From: Octopus vulgaris
Taxonomy: Eukaryota
Length of the DNA: 64,000 bases
Assembly: GCA_951406725.2 (NCBI GenBank)
Contig: OX597818.1
Span: 78,430,001-78,494,000 of the forward strand
Direction: 5' to 3'
Shown here: piece after piece, positions 36,861 through 49,254 of the stretch
How positions within the stretch are numbered: the first letter of the stretch is position 1
Layout of the letters: the number at the start of each line of letters is the position of its first letter
Program-made: the position numbers and the translations under genes
The notes under the pieces: generated by a model
What the model was told of the DNA's origin: nothing
What the model saw: only the letters and a program-made list of their open reading frames with translations
The model's database searches: none

Positions 36861-38344
36861 ATATACACACGTATAGATGCATTCAGAAAGCAGATCTATG
36901 GGATAGATGTCAGAGAAAGTAGGAAGAAAAAGGAGAAAAAAGTGAAGTAGAGAAAGAAGACACAAAGAAAGTGCAGAGAAAGGAATACGAAAAAATAGAA
37001 AGGAGATTATATGTGATAAGCATTGACGTTGAGAATTAGGAGAGAGAGAGAGAGAGATTTACGTATTCAGTTCATTTTCAGTTGTTTGTGAAATCAATTG
37101 TATGCATGCATATGTGTGTATATATATATATACATATGTATATATAAATACATATATATAGATATAGATATATATACACACATATGTATATATATACATA
37201 TATATATATATACACACATATATATATATACACACATATATATATATACACACACATATATATACGCATATATATTTATACATGCACAATATATACTATA
37301 CATTACATATACATACACACACATATATACATGTGTGTGTATGTATGTATGAATGTGTGTATACATAGAGATATATTCATGTGTGTGTGTGTGTGTGTGT
37401 GTATGAATGCATACCTATATATTCATGTATATATTGGTTTTAGATCTTGACACGAGGCCAGCAATTTCGGCAGAGGGACTAAGTTGATTAGATCAACCCC
37501 TAGTACTTATTTTTATCGATCTTGAAAGGATTATTCGTAGCAGATTTCTAATGTTGCTCACGGAAAACTAATTGCACAAGGAATCCAAAAACATATTTCC
37601 ATTCAGTCTTCAAAAACCAAATTCTTCCTCTCAGTATGACTAAGACGTGCTTATGGACGAAACAGCATATTTAAACTTTGATGATAAAAGGTTCTTTGTA
37701 ATCATAAAGCCACATAATTTTCACCTATATTCACAATTGATATTTGCAGGTTTTTCCCACAGACTGCTACTTAAAAGTTAAACCAGACCTTGATGTAGAA
37801 AAACAAGCCTGACGAGTAATACCAGTGTTGAATTTAAAAAAGGATTGCCTTGATAGCAACAATTAATCGGGTGTTGTTTGAGGGACTTCAAGGATTGAGA
37901 ATAAAGTCTTACAAATTATTGTAGTCTTCACTTGAACAATTTCATATGTAAAATATATGTTCATATTATCAAATCTAAATAAAGAAATCATTTCTTTAAA
38001 AGGCCTTAGAAGATAAAAATAACAAAGAGATCTGTAAACCGAATTATAAAGATGAAAGGCGATTGTATTTTAAAATATCTAATGCACAAAAGAGTTTGTT
38101 TTCAGTTTTCTGGGCTTAAAAATGCATTTCTGCAGAGTTAAATTCAGGTACGTTTACGTAGAAATGAAAAATGAATGTAATTGATAGAGAAAAAATAGTA
38201 TGTTGTAGATTTTATACGTATTCAAATTTTACCAAAATGGTATGCTGTAGAGATTTTATACGTGTTCGAATTTTACCAAACCTGAAGCGAGTTAATATTT
38301 CAGAAAACTGCCCGCCGATGCAATTGTATAATCCTTTCTACTAT

Positions 38345-38520
38345 AGGCACAAGGCCTGAAATTTTGGGGGAGGGGCACTAGTCGATTACATCGACCTCAG
38401 TACGTAACTGGTACTTAATTTATCGATCCCGAAAGGATGGAAGGCAATGTCGACCATGGCGGCATTTGAACTAAGAATGTGAAGACAGATGAAATACCAC
38501 TAAGCATTTCGCTCGGCAAT
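38345..38520 (-). mobile_element. Family-A SINE
   Basis: agtcgattacatcgacc..aactggtactt..gaaaggatggaaggcaa.gtcgacc. Confidence 0.8.
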
Positions 38521-38815
38521 TTGATGCAATTGTAAAATAAAAGAAAAATACCACAGTTGCGAAGGGTTTCTCTGCGTCTGAAATTACGTTGTAAAGTGAA
38601 GGAAATTTTGCAAAGGAAAGATCTATATATCACAATAATTCTGTGCGTATTGTTATTTATCTCTACTCAGTCCTTGTAGAGCTAATCCGATGTATAGTAC
38701 AAGAAAGTCAGTGATGTACTAATCTAGCTGAACACCACACTCCAATACGCCATCCTTTAAGAAATTATGAGAAAAGAAGCAATACAGTACACTTTTCTTT
38801 TACATTTGCAGTTTG

Positions 38816-39387
38816 TGAAGGCGCGTTGCTTGGTGGTTAAAGTATCCGGCTCACGATCTTATGATCGTCAGTTCGATTTCCGGCAGTGCGTTGGGTATTT
38901 GAGCAAGGCACGTTATTTCGCGTTGTCCCAGTCACTCATAAATAAATAAATGCGCCCTTTTAAAGCCTAGCTCATGGGCCTGGTTTCCCGGTTTCTATGG
39001 CTATGTGTTCCCCAGCTGGTCCATCGCAGCGTTACTCATTTTTGCCAGCTGAGTGGACTGGAGCATCGTGAAATGAAGTGTTTTGCTCAAGAACACAACG
39101 CGTCGCCCGGTCCAGGAATCGAAACCACAATCTTACGATCATGATGTTGACACCCAAACCACTAAGCAACGCGCCTCCACCCCAGTCCACTCAGCTACCA
39201 AAAATGAGTTGTGCCTATAGTTCAATGTGTCATCCATGTCCCATTCTGTGTCACGTTGAATCTTCCTGAGAACTACATTAAGGGTGCCTGTGTCTATGGA
39301 GTGCTCAACCACTTGCACGTTAATTTCACGAGCAGGCCATTCCGTTGACCAGATCAACTGAAACACTTGTCGTAACCGACGGAGTGC
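38816..39387. mobile_element. Nested family-B SINEs (a minus copy at about 38951-39180 inside a plus copy)
   Basis: The plus head at 38816-38935 stops at cccagtcactca and resumes at 39181 with cccagtccactcagct; the insert is the reverse complement of 2706-2950. Confidence 0.75.
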
Positions 39388-39589
39388 TAGTTTTTGTAGT
39401 TAGTGAACGTAGCACAAGTGTATGGAATGAACTTAATCGAAGCAAAAAGGCTATTGATGCATATATGTGCGTTTAGACTTTGTCGGGACTGACATAGCCG
39501 TGAGGATCTAAAAGAACCATCATCATTTGTAAAGTGGAGGTGAGGTAAAACACAGACACACACACACACACGTACATACACACATTCTT

Positions 39590-39796
39590 TCATTCTTTTA
39601 CTTGTTTCAGTCATCTGACTGCGGTCATACTGGGGCACTACCTTAAAGGGTGTTAGTCGAAGAAATCGCCCCCAGGACTTATTCTTTGTAAGCCTAGGTA
39701 CTTATTCTCTATTCTCTATTGCCGAACCGCTAAGTTACGGGACATAAACACACCAGCATCAGTTGTCAAGCGATGGCGGTGGACAGACACACACAC

Positions 39797-39860
<64 letters not shown>

Positions 39861-40155
39861 CATGACAGGCTTCTTCCAGTTTACATCTACCAAATCAACT
39901 CACAAGGCTTTGGTCGACCCGAGGCTATAGTAGAAGACACGCAAGGTACCACACAGAGGGTCTGAACCCGGAACCATTTGGTTGGGAGTAAGCTTCTTAC
40001 CACACACCTACGTCTGTCCCTGAAGCTTCTTTCAGTTTCCGTCTACCAGATTCATTCACAAGGTTTTGGTTGGGCTGGATATATTGTAGAAACACTTGCC
40101 CAAGGTGCCATGCATTGGTGATAAAGTCAGAATCATGTAGGTGGGAGGCAAACTT
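39590..40155 (-). mobile_element. Family-D SINEs (the second is interrupted by the TIR element at 40156)
   Basis: Reverse complement of 53911-54310; the head resumes at about 41171-41195. Confidence 0.8.
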
Positions 40156-41164
40156 GGGATCTTTTTCTTTTCATGGGCAGCTCGATTAATTAATTTTCTT
40201 TAACTAAACACTTTCAAACTTCGGACACTAGTAGAATGTGTCATATAAAACATCTTTAACTCTTAACGTTGTTGAGAAAAGTTTCTATTTTCGAATTTAT
40301 TTCGTGTTAAAATTCTCGTATTTCGGTAATTTCAACCAATCAATGACGTGTATTCAGCTGAATAAAATTACTGCCGTTGTTTGTCAACATCAACTATCGG
40401 CGGTATATATTTCGTTTGTCACTGTTATTTATGACATCATTCGTGCGTTTGTATTGGTTTTAGCTTTAGGGTTTTAAGGTTAAGGTTAGGGTTTAAGGGT
40501 TAGGGTTAGGGTAAGGGTTTTAGGGTTAGGGTTGGAGTTTTAGGGTTATGGTTAGGGTTTTAGGGTTAGAGTTAGGCGTTTAAGGTTAGGGTTAGGGTTA
40601 AGGTTGGGGTTTTAGGGTTAGGGTTACGGAAAAATGGAAAAATGAAGAAATTGGAACGGGGAGGAGGAGGGGTGCCAAAAATGTTCAAAATACCGATTTT
40701 TGGCAATTTTCCGGAATCTCCGTATGCAAAAAGCTGGGTTTTTGGCAAAAAAAATAATGATACATTTAAAAAAAACAATAATTTACGAGAAAATAGGTGC
40801 GGGTGACAGGAGGAAGTCTTTCCGAAAATAGTGGCTGAAAAACAGGAAAAAAAAAACTAAAAGCAGTAGAAATGCACGAACGATTATGGTAGTGTCATGA
40901 AGTAAACATGCTTCAGATACACTCGTTTAGTCATACGAACGTAACTGAGTTGAAATATGTCATAAATAACAGTGACAAACGAAATATACACTGCCGAAAT
41001 ACGACAACTTTAACACGAAATAACTTCGTAAATAGAAACTTTTCTCAACAACGCTAAGAGTAAAAGATGTTCTATATGACACATTCTACCAGTATACGAA
41101 GTTTCAAAGTGTTTACTTACAGAAAATTCATTAATCGTGTTGCCCATGAAAAGGAAAAGTTCCC
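40156..41164. mobile_element. Non-autonomous TIR element with TIRs of about 290 bp, 6-bp TSD and an internal (TTAGGG)-like tract
   Basis: Ends GGGATCTTTTTCTTTTCATGGGCA and TGCCCATGAAAAGGAAAAGTTCCC. TSD AAACTT at 40150-40155 and 41165-41170; TTAGGG variants at about 40465-40625. Confidence 0.88.
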
Positions 41165-41207
41165 AAACTTGTAACCACAAAGCTACGTCTGCGTCTACGT
41201 ATGTATG

Positions 41208-41293
<86 letters not shown>

Positions 41294-41344
41294 CGCGCGA
41301 GTGTGTGTGTGTGTGATTACACATATATGTAAACACATACAGAA

Positions 41345-41585
<241 letters not shown>

Positions 41586-43199
41586 TATTTCATTGCGCGC
41601 GTGTGATTCAGCAAGGAAATTGTTGGTTCGACGAAGAAAATTGGTGTGAGGAACAAAAATATCTCATTGTGGTTCGTATTCCACCCGAGTTGATCTGACT
41701 CTCTTGTCACGCTTGCAGTTAGAAATGCGATGATCGCAATGATTAGACTATTGTGAACTTTGAACAAATGACGCTGTCGTTAATAAATTCATGACATAAA
41801 ACGAAGATAAAGATAATTCCCTGGTTTGTATATTCAATCAAATAAATTATTTTGTAGAGACATTTGCTTTGTGTATTGTTAAAATGGATCAATATTAAGT
41901 ATTTATGTCAAGGCAGTGCAAACAAATGCGGGAAAACAAAAAAATAACAAAAAGCAACTAAAAATCCGAGACTTACCCAAAGTTTTCAAGCGTCACTAGG
42001 GCGATAAGTCACTAGGGTGATATGTCACTAAGTGATAAATAAAAGTCATTTACGAGCCGATTCGTTCACTGAGGTCATGGTGTTAGTTTCATATAAATGT
42101 TTTTAATCCCTAATTCATCAGCTTATGGATCATTCTCTTTTCTTGTGAGACAAACTCTTTTAGGAGGGAGGTCATTCAGATTTGTTAATTTTAAATGAAT
42201 AATCTTTCATCCTAGATAGCGTCCTTCCTGTTTGCCCCAAGGTTTTTCTTCCTTGTTTTCTATATGTAATATAGATATAAGATATTAATATATATGTCTG
42301 GTGCTTTCATTCGACTTTTGCACGTGACATAAACCTAGTAAAATTCCGAACGATGAACCTGAAGAAACATTAGAGAGTCAGATGAAATGTTTCGCGCAAA
42401 TTGTTCAGATCCCACTGCTGTCACGTTCGCCTTTCATACTTCCGGGGTCGAAAAGCTAGAGTAGCAGTCAATTTGCTCTTTCGAACCCTAGGATGTCTAA
42501 GTTCGATTATCCAGTTTGAATGGCATATAAGTGATCGAAATCACAGTCTTAGATTTTAAAAGTTTTAATCGAGCAGGAAGGCAGTACTTATGACCCTTTT
42601 CAGAGCCTCAGAGGCTAGTGGGACAGGGAATATGAAGAATCCTCAAACCAGAGTCCTGGTTTGAAAATACTTTGAGCTGACTTCTCCAAAGGTATTCAAC
42701 GTGCCGGGTAGTGGTATTAAACCAGGTGATGGGTTAGGTCTACCACGCAAGTAGGTCTTGAACCCAGAATGCAAAGATCCGGAGCAAATAAAGGCGGGCA
42801 CCTGGTCCTAGAACACATAAATTAGGCAATTCTTTGTAGATACTTTAATAGACAACATTAAGGAACAAAGGACTGCTATTCGAAAATGGAAGAGTGTTTA
42901 ACCATATCTCAAATTTCAGTTATCTTTTCAGTTCTGCTGAGAATAGATTCAGTTACTTAAAAATACCTGCAAAATTTACACTAAAAATTTCAGTGGTTTT
43001 TTTAGAAATTTTTGTTTACAACATCCACTTGGTTAATTACATAATTTATATTTTCCATCAAAGTGCAACAGCGTCATCTAGAACTCATAACACCGATTAC
43101 CCAGTTTCCATAGCGAATAAGTGACCTAGATGGCGACAATCCCCTTCAACGGGACACCTGCCCCTTACGATCTCTTTCGAACAGGCAAGTATAATTTAA

Positions 43200-43615
43200 A
43201 AGAATTCTCCCCTAAATAGTATTGCATTCAGAGCCTTAAAAGCCTTCTTTGTCATAGGAGATACATTAATTTCTTTGTTTGTATATACTTCACAGATCAG
43301 CATCCACTATTGGAGCAAGGAGTCCAGATATAACCGCATAGTAGAAAAAAAGAAACATTGTACCATGTGATAAAAGAGTGGATATCAAAGAAATTAAGGA
43401 CATTAAAGAATATTGGGGCCTAGCTGGAGAGACGAAGAGATTGTGGAAAGACAAAGGTGACAATTGTTCCTGTACTAATTAGTGCACTCGGCACAACTTA
43501 CTAACTGCTACCTAAGAGTTGAAGTATAATAGAACTAAGACTCACATTGCCGAGTAGCAGAAAAATTCCACCCTGTATTCTGCAAGAATCTTAAAAATGA
43601 TTCTTGAGATTTCAC
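43200..43615 (+). mobile_element. Degenerate R4/Dong LINE 3' (RLE) fragment
   Basis: SPDIT; KVTIVPVLISALGT; STLYSARILKMIL. Confidence 0.55.
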
Positions 43616-43756
43616 GAGACTTGTTACCTCCAGATCTCAAGCTATATCTGAAGGAATTTTTATATTCCGAAATATTATATCAGACTATTAATAATTAAAT
43701 TATAGACAGTTATTATAGTCCACTCTGTATTGTTGTGTCATTCAAGCACGTTATAG

Positions 43757-44549
<793 letters not shown>

Positions 44550-44922
44550 GGAGGCGCAATATATATTATGGAGTCTGCTTAATTATCTGCAACAGTGATT
44601 CTAATCCGGGGTCCAGATGGCCTTTGAGGATACACATAATATTTTGGGAGGCTCCACATAGCAAAATAGTAAACTGGGGATCCACAATAGTATTTTAAGG
44701 GCTCCTGAAAATATCTTTTCTTTAGATGTATGTATTGGTATGTTTTGCAAGAAACATCTAGGCTGCGAGGTTTCTTTCTCTCATATTTTACGTAGTTCAT
44801 CCAATACATGTTAACGCGTGAGAAACACAATGGAAATGTTGGAAGAAGTTCCTATAAAGTGAAGCACTTTACAGTACCAGTTTCTTCCAATCTTGTTTTC
44901 CTCTTCAATATGACCTCCAGTT

Positions 44923-45000
44923 TTTTAAGTCTAATGTACATCGTCACCTTTTAAGTCTAATGTACATCGTCACCTTTTAAGTCTAATGTACATCGTCATC
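44923..45000. repeat. 3 x 26-bp tandem repeat TTTTAAGTCTAATGTACATCGTCACC
   Basis: Direct reading; ACATCGTCA recurs after the following SINE at 45321. Confidence 0.9.
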
Positions 45001-45006
45001 GTGACG

Positions 45007-45320
45007 TGAAGGTGCGTGGCTTAGTGGTTAGGGCACTCAGCTCACGATTGTAAGGTCGTGAGTTCGATTCCCGGCGACGCGTTGTGTCCTTGAGCTTCAG
45101 TCCACTCAGCTGGCAAAAATGAGTTGTATCTGTATTTCGAAGAGCCGGCCTTATCACACTTTATGTCACGCTGAATCTCCCTGAGAACTACGCTAGGGGT
45201 ACTCGTGTCTGTGGATTGCTCAGTCACTTGCACGTTAATTTCATGAGCAGGCTGTTCCGTTGATCGTATCAGCTGGGACCCTCGTCGTCGTAACCGACGG
45301 AGTGCTCCTAAAAAAAAAAA
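45007..45320 (+). mobile_element. Family-B SINE with the 'cgtaaccgacggagtgc' tail and poly(A)
   Basis: Head tggcttagtggttaggg..gagttcgattccc; tail shared with family-C copies. Confidence 0.85.
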
Positions 45321-46032
45321 ACATCGTCACCTATTGATTTCTGTCGTGCATCCATTTTATTATAGTAGTTCTTACATTTCAGTGGTCTAAAGGATCTTGT
45401 AACGAGCGAATGCTTTAAAAAATAGTGTGTGTGTTTCTCTCTTTGTATCTGTGATTGCCCCCCCCCCCCCCTACCACTGAATAACAGGTGTTGGTTTGCT
45501 TACGTCCTCTTGACTTAGTCTGTTCGGTAAAAAAGGAACCGATAGAATAAGCACCAGGGCTTAAGAAAAAAAGTGCTGAGGTCGATTCATTCGACTAAAA
45601 GTTCTTCAAGGCAATATATGTATAGAAAGAGAAAGAGGGGAGGGAGAGAGCGAGAAGGAGAGAGAGGGAGATAGGAGAAAAGAGAGAGGGCTAGCAAGAG
45701 CTAATGAGAGTCACTTGATCAAGTAGAAACAGTGGCTTAATCTTTCTGAAATTTCATCTTACTGACTTAAAAAACAAAAGAAATATTAGATAACGGAGTC
45801 CTACATAACCTATAAAAAGGGCAAGGTCATTGCTGAATATCTTTCCTTAAAGGCTTACTTAATCAAGAATAACAAGGAATTAACACTTGCAGCTACAGAC
45901 AATAACAAACATATATCTTTACAGAGTTACATACGGCTATCGTTCTATATTTTACTTCTCTTTCACACATATGAATATTCACATACTCTCTCTTTCTCTC
46001 TCTCTCTCTCTCTCGCTCTCGCTCTCCACAGC

Positions 46033-46090
<58 letters not shown>

Positions 46091-46216
46091 TACACACGCG
46101 TACTATATTTTCCTTCTCTCTCACACACATGAATATTCACGGGATCGTCTATTCTGCGGCATTAAATCCGAACATCAAATTGTTTTCATGTGCTTCAAAA
46201 CTTGTCTTTGGCATCT

Positions 46217-46289
<73 letters not shown>

Positions 46290-46569
46290 TGCATACATTA
46301 CTGACTTTTCTGATGACTAATACTATACACTCAGTTTGTAATACATTTTTCTATTTCTACGAGTTAATCAGAGGTAATTGAACGTTTTAATTGCTAATTC
46401 TTAATTACTGGGACATTTGCTTTCGCTGATCATTTGACACATATACTAACACATACACACAGACGAAAATAGACACATGTATGTATGTGTGTGTTAATTT
46501 AAAATATATATATAGAGAGAAGTTATGACAATGTTTGCTATGATGTTCATTTATAATGGTTTGGAAGTT

Positions 46570-46770
46570 TGGCACAAGACCAACAAGTTCGGGGGTGGGT
46601 GTAGGTCCATTACATCGACCCCAGTGCTCAACTAGTACTTATTTTATCGACCCCAAAGGATGGAAGGCAAAAACGACTTTGGCGGAATTTGAAATCAGAA
46701 CGTAAAGACGAAGGAAATGGTGCTAAACATTTTGTCCCTCGTGCTAACGATTCTGCCAGCTCGCCGCCTC
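46570..46770 (-). mobile_element. Family-A SINE (full head)
   Basis: Minus strand starts aggcggcgagctggcagaatcgttagcacg. Confidence 0.85.
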
Positions 46771-47023
46771 GGACGTCCAGTTATAATAAACATTATTTTA
46801 CAAATCTGATAGGTTCCACTATAATTTTGTAGAGTACAAATTTATTATTCTTCAACAAGAATATTATTGACAGTGACATCGAAGATTCGGCCACTTATGC
46901 ATTGAAGTTAATCTTGGCTTTATATTGTCTCTTTTGAGTTCTAATCTTCTTTGGGTATGTGGATTTGAGTGGAGTGGTCATTAGGTTGTATGGAGAGATG
47001 TTTTAGAGAAATGGGGTTTTTTT

Positions 47024-47874
47024 ATCTTTTCCTTTTGATCGGCACATGTCAACACAATTTCTAGTTAACTAAACACTTTTAAACTTCGTATACTGGTAGA
47101 ATGTGTTTATAAAATATCATTTTTTCTTGGCTTTATTGAGAAAATCCTATATGTTGTAACATATTTCCACTTTAATTTCAAGCATTTCGTCAGTTTTAAC
47201 CAATCACTGACCTTCATTTCGGCTGAAAACATTCCTTGCTGTATGAATATGTCCCTCGTTTAAGAAACAGATTGGGTTTATTTACATTTGCGAAGAAAAA
47301 AGATATCCTTTCCCCTCCCCTAACCTAACCCTAATCCTAACCCTAACCCTAACCCTAACCCTAACTCTAACCCTAAATCTAAAATAGTTTGAAATGCAAT
47401 AGATCGATACTAGGGTTATAATTATGGGTGACATTTTCATTTGACACCGCTAGAAATAATCTCATTTTCCGTAGCGGTGTCGTATGAAATTGTCATCCAT
47501 AATTATAACCCTAGTATCGATCTATTGCATTTCAATCTATTTTAGAGTTAGGGTTAGAGTTAGGGTTAGGGTTAGGGGTGGGGAAAGGATATATTTTTTT
47601 CTTCGCAAATGTAAATAAACCCAATCTGTTTCTTAAACGAGGGACATATTTATACAGCAAGGAATGTTTTCAGCCGAAATGGAGGTCAGTGATTGGTTAA
47701 AATTGACGAAATGCTTGAAATTAAAGTGGAAATATGTTACAACATATAGAATTTTCTCAATAAAGCCAAGAAAAATGATGTTTTATAAAACACATTCTAC
47801 CAGTATACGAAGTTTAAAAGTGTTTAGTAAACTAGAAATTGTGTTGACATGTGCCGTTCAAAAGGAAAAGATCC
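47024..47874. mobile_element. Near-perfect palindromic (foldback) TIR element of about 850 bp with telomeric repeats
   Basis: Arms of about 400-430 bp with centre near 47455-47470. (CCCTAA)n at about 47320-47380 is mirrored by (TTAGGG)n at about 47545-47577; termini are related to 40156-41164. Confidence 0.9.
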
Positions 47875-48121
47875 TGTTTTTAAAATCAAAATTGACAATA
47901 TAAAGCTCAAAAGTTCAAGGTTTAGTGCATAACATAAGGCTATGATAGAAGACGCATGTCCAAGGTGCCATGCAGTGGGACTGAACCCAAAACCATACAG
48001 TTGGGAAGTAAGCTTCTTACTACACAGCCAATACCTGTAAATGCCTGTAAATATTTGTGTGTGTGGGAGTGTGTATGTGCATGGGAATGTATGTGTGTGC
48101 TTATATATGTGTGTGTGTGTG

Positions 48122-48159
<38 letters not shown>

Positions 48160-48160
<1 letters not shown>

Positions 48161-48670
48161 GTCCAAGTCTCACTTCCATACAGTAGAGTGCTAAGTACAC
48201 ATGCCTGGTAAATCTTCATTTTTGTGATCTTGGTCAGCTTAATGTTGTCCCATGCCCGTTTTGAGAGTAGGCCATCACAGCAGCTGTCTTGCCAATGCGT
48301 ATATTGACCTCAGCATCAAAAGATAGGCTGTAGATGACGGTAGAGCCAAGATAGGTAAACGTCTCCACCTCCTGTAGTCTGTGGTCTCCAATATGTATGT
48401 TTGGGATGTCCGATATAGCCTGACCCATGATGTTGGTCTTCTTGCTCAAAACATGCTTGCTCAAAACAGTTGATGAGCCTTTGTCAATTCAAGGTACGCT
48501 TTCAGTTTCATCCCATTGGGGGAACAGAATGCGTACCAATCCGTCTGGATTACAGTATGGCCGAAAATGGGCATTTGATGAGAGAACACAACACCTTAAT
48601 TCATACACTACAACTGATCACGATATCAGGGACGATAAAAATCTGCATGACCTTCATAAGATTTAAAGAA
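48160..48670 (-). mobile_element. RTE-clade LINE RT fragment
   Basis: KKTNIMGQ..LQEVETFTYLGST..DAEVNIRIGKTA; YQACVLSTLLYGSETW. Confidence 0.82.
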
Positions 48671-48840
48671 TGATGGACAAACCAAGATGCTGGTCAAATT
48701 AAAAAGTGAAACAAACAAGTATACATGCATACATACACACATCGATCGATCGATCCATCCATCTATCCTGTATTTAATTAATTAATAAAAATGGAGAGTT
48801 GAAAGTTAATAATTATTTATTAATAAATTGGTAACTCTTA

Positions 48841-48939
48841 CTTCCTACAGCTGTTTCCATTTGTGCTCATTAGATAATTACAAATTTATGCTTTAAATTT
48901 ACATTTACAAGTTATGAGCAAAATATCATCAGGGGAAAA
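48841..48939 (-). ncRNA. Minimal type I hammerhead ribozyme (solo pLTR fragment)
   Basis: UUUUCCC CUGAUGA [UAUUUUGCUCAU...AUGAGCACAAAUG] GAAAC AGCU GUA GGAAG. Palindromic ACAGCUGU; stem I has one extra C; the flank resembles 22590-22630. Confidence 0.82.
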
Positions 48940-49254
48940 TGATATACATTAAAAGATTACATGTTAACCTCTCTTTGCAGCATAAAGAATATTCCTGGAC
49001 AACTGACGAAGGGGAATATTCCTTATGTTGCATGTCTCGTTTCTCTGGGTTTTTTTCGTTGTTCGAAAAAAGTTCGTTTTCTATGATTTTGTTTTTATGT
49101 TTTCGTTTCTCATTGTATTCAACGTTTTTTTGATGTCCTGTACCCATATATGCATGTATATATACATGTAGGTATGTACATATATCTATGTATATATGCA
49201 TATATTTATATACTATTTATATTATATATATATATGTATACACACACACACACA

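Noticed and set aside
40465-40625. (TTAGGG)n as a chromosome end or fusion scar
   Set aside because: It lies inside a TIR element with a TSD, is degenerate, and is not terminal.
44923-45000. Short direct repeats as a CRISPR-like array (also 53510-53560 and about 41993-42035)
   Set aside because: Contiguous tandem repeats without unique spacers, in a eukaryotic context with no cas genes.
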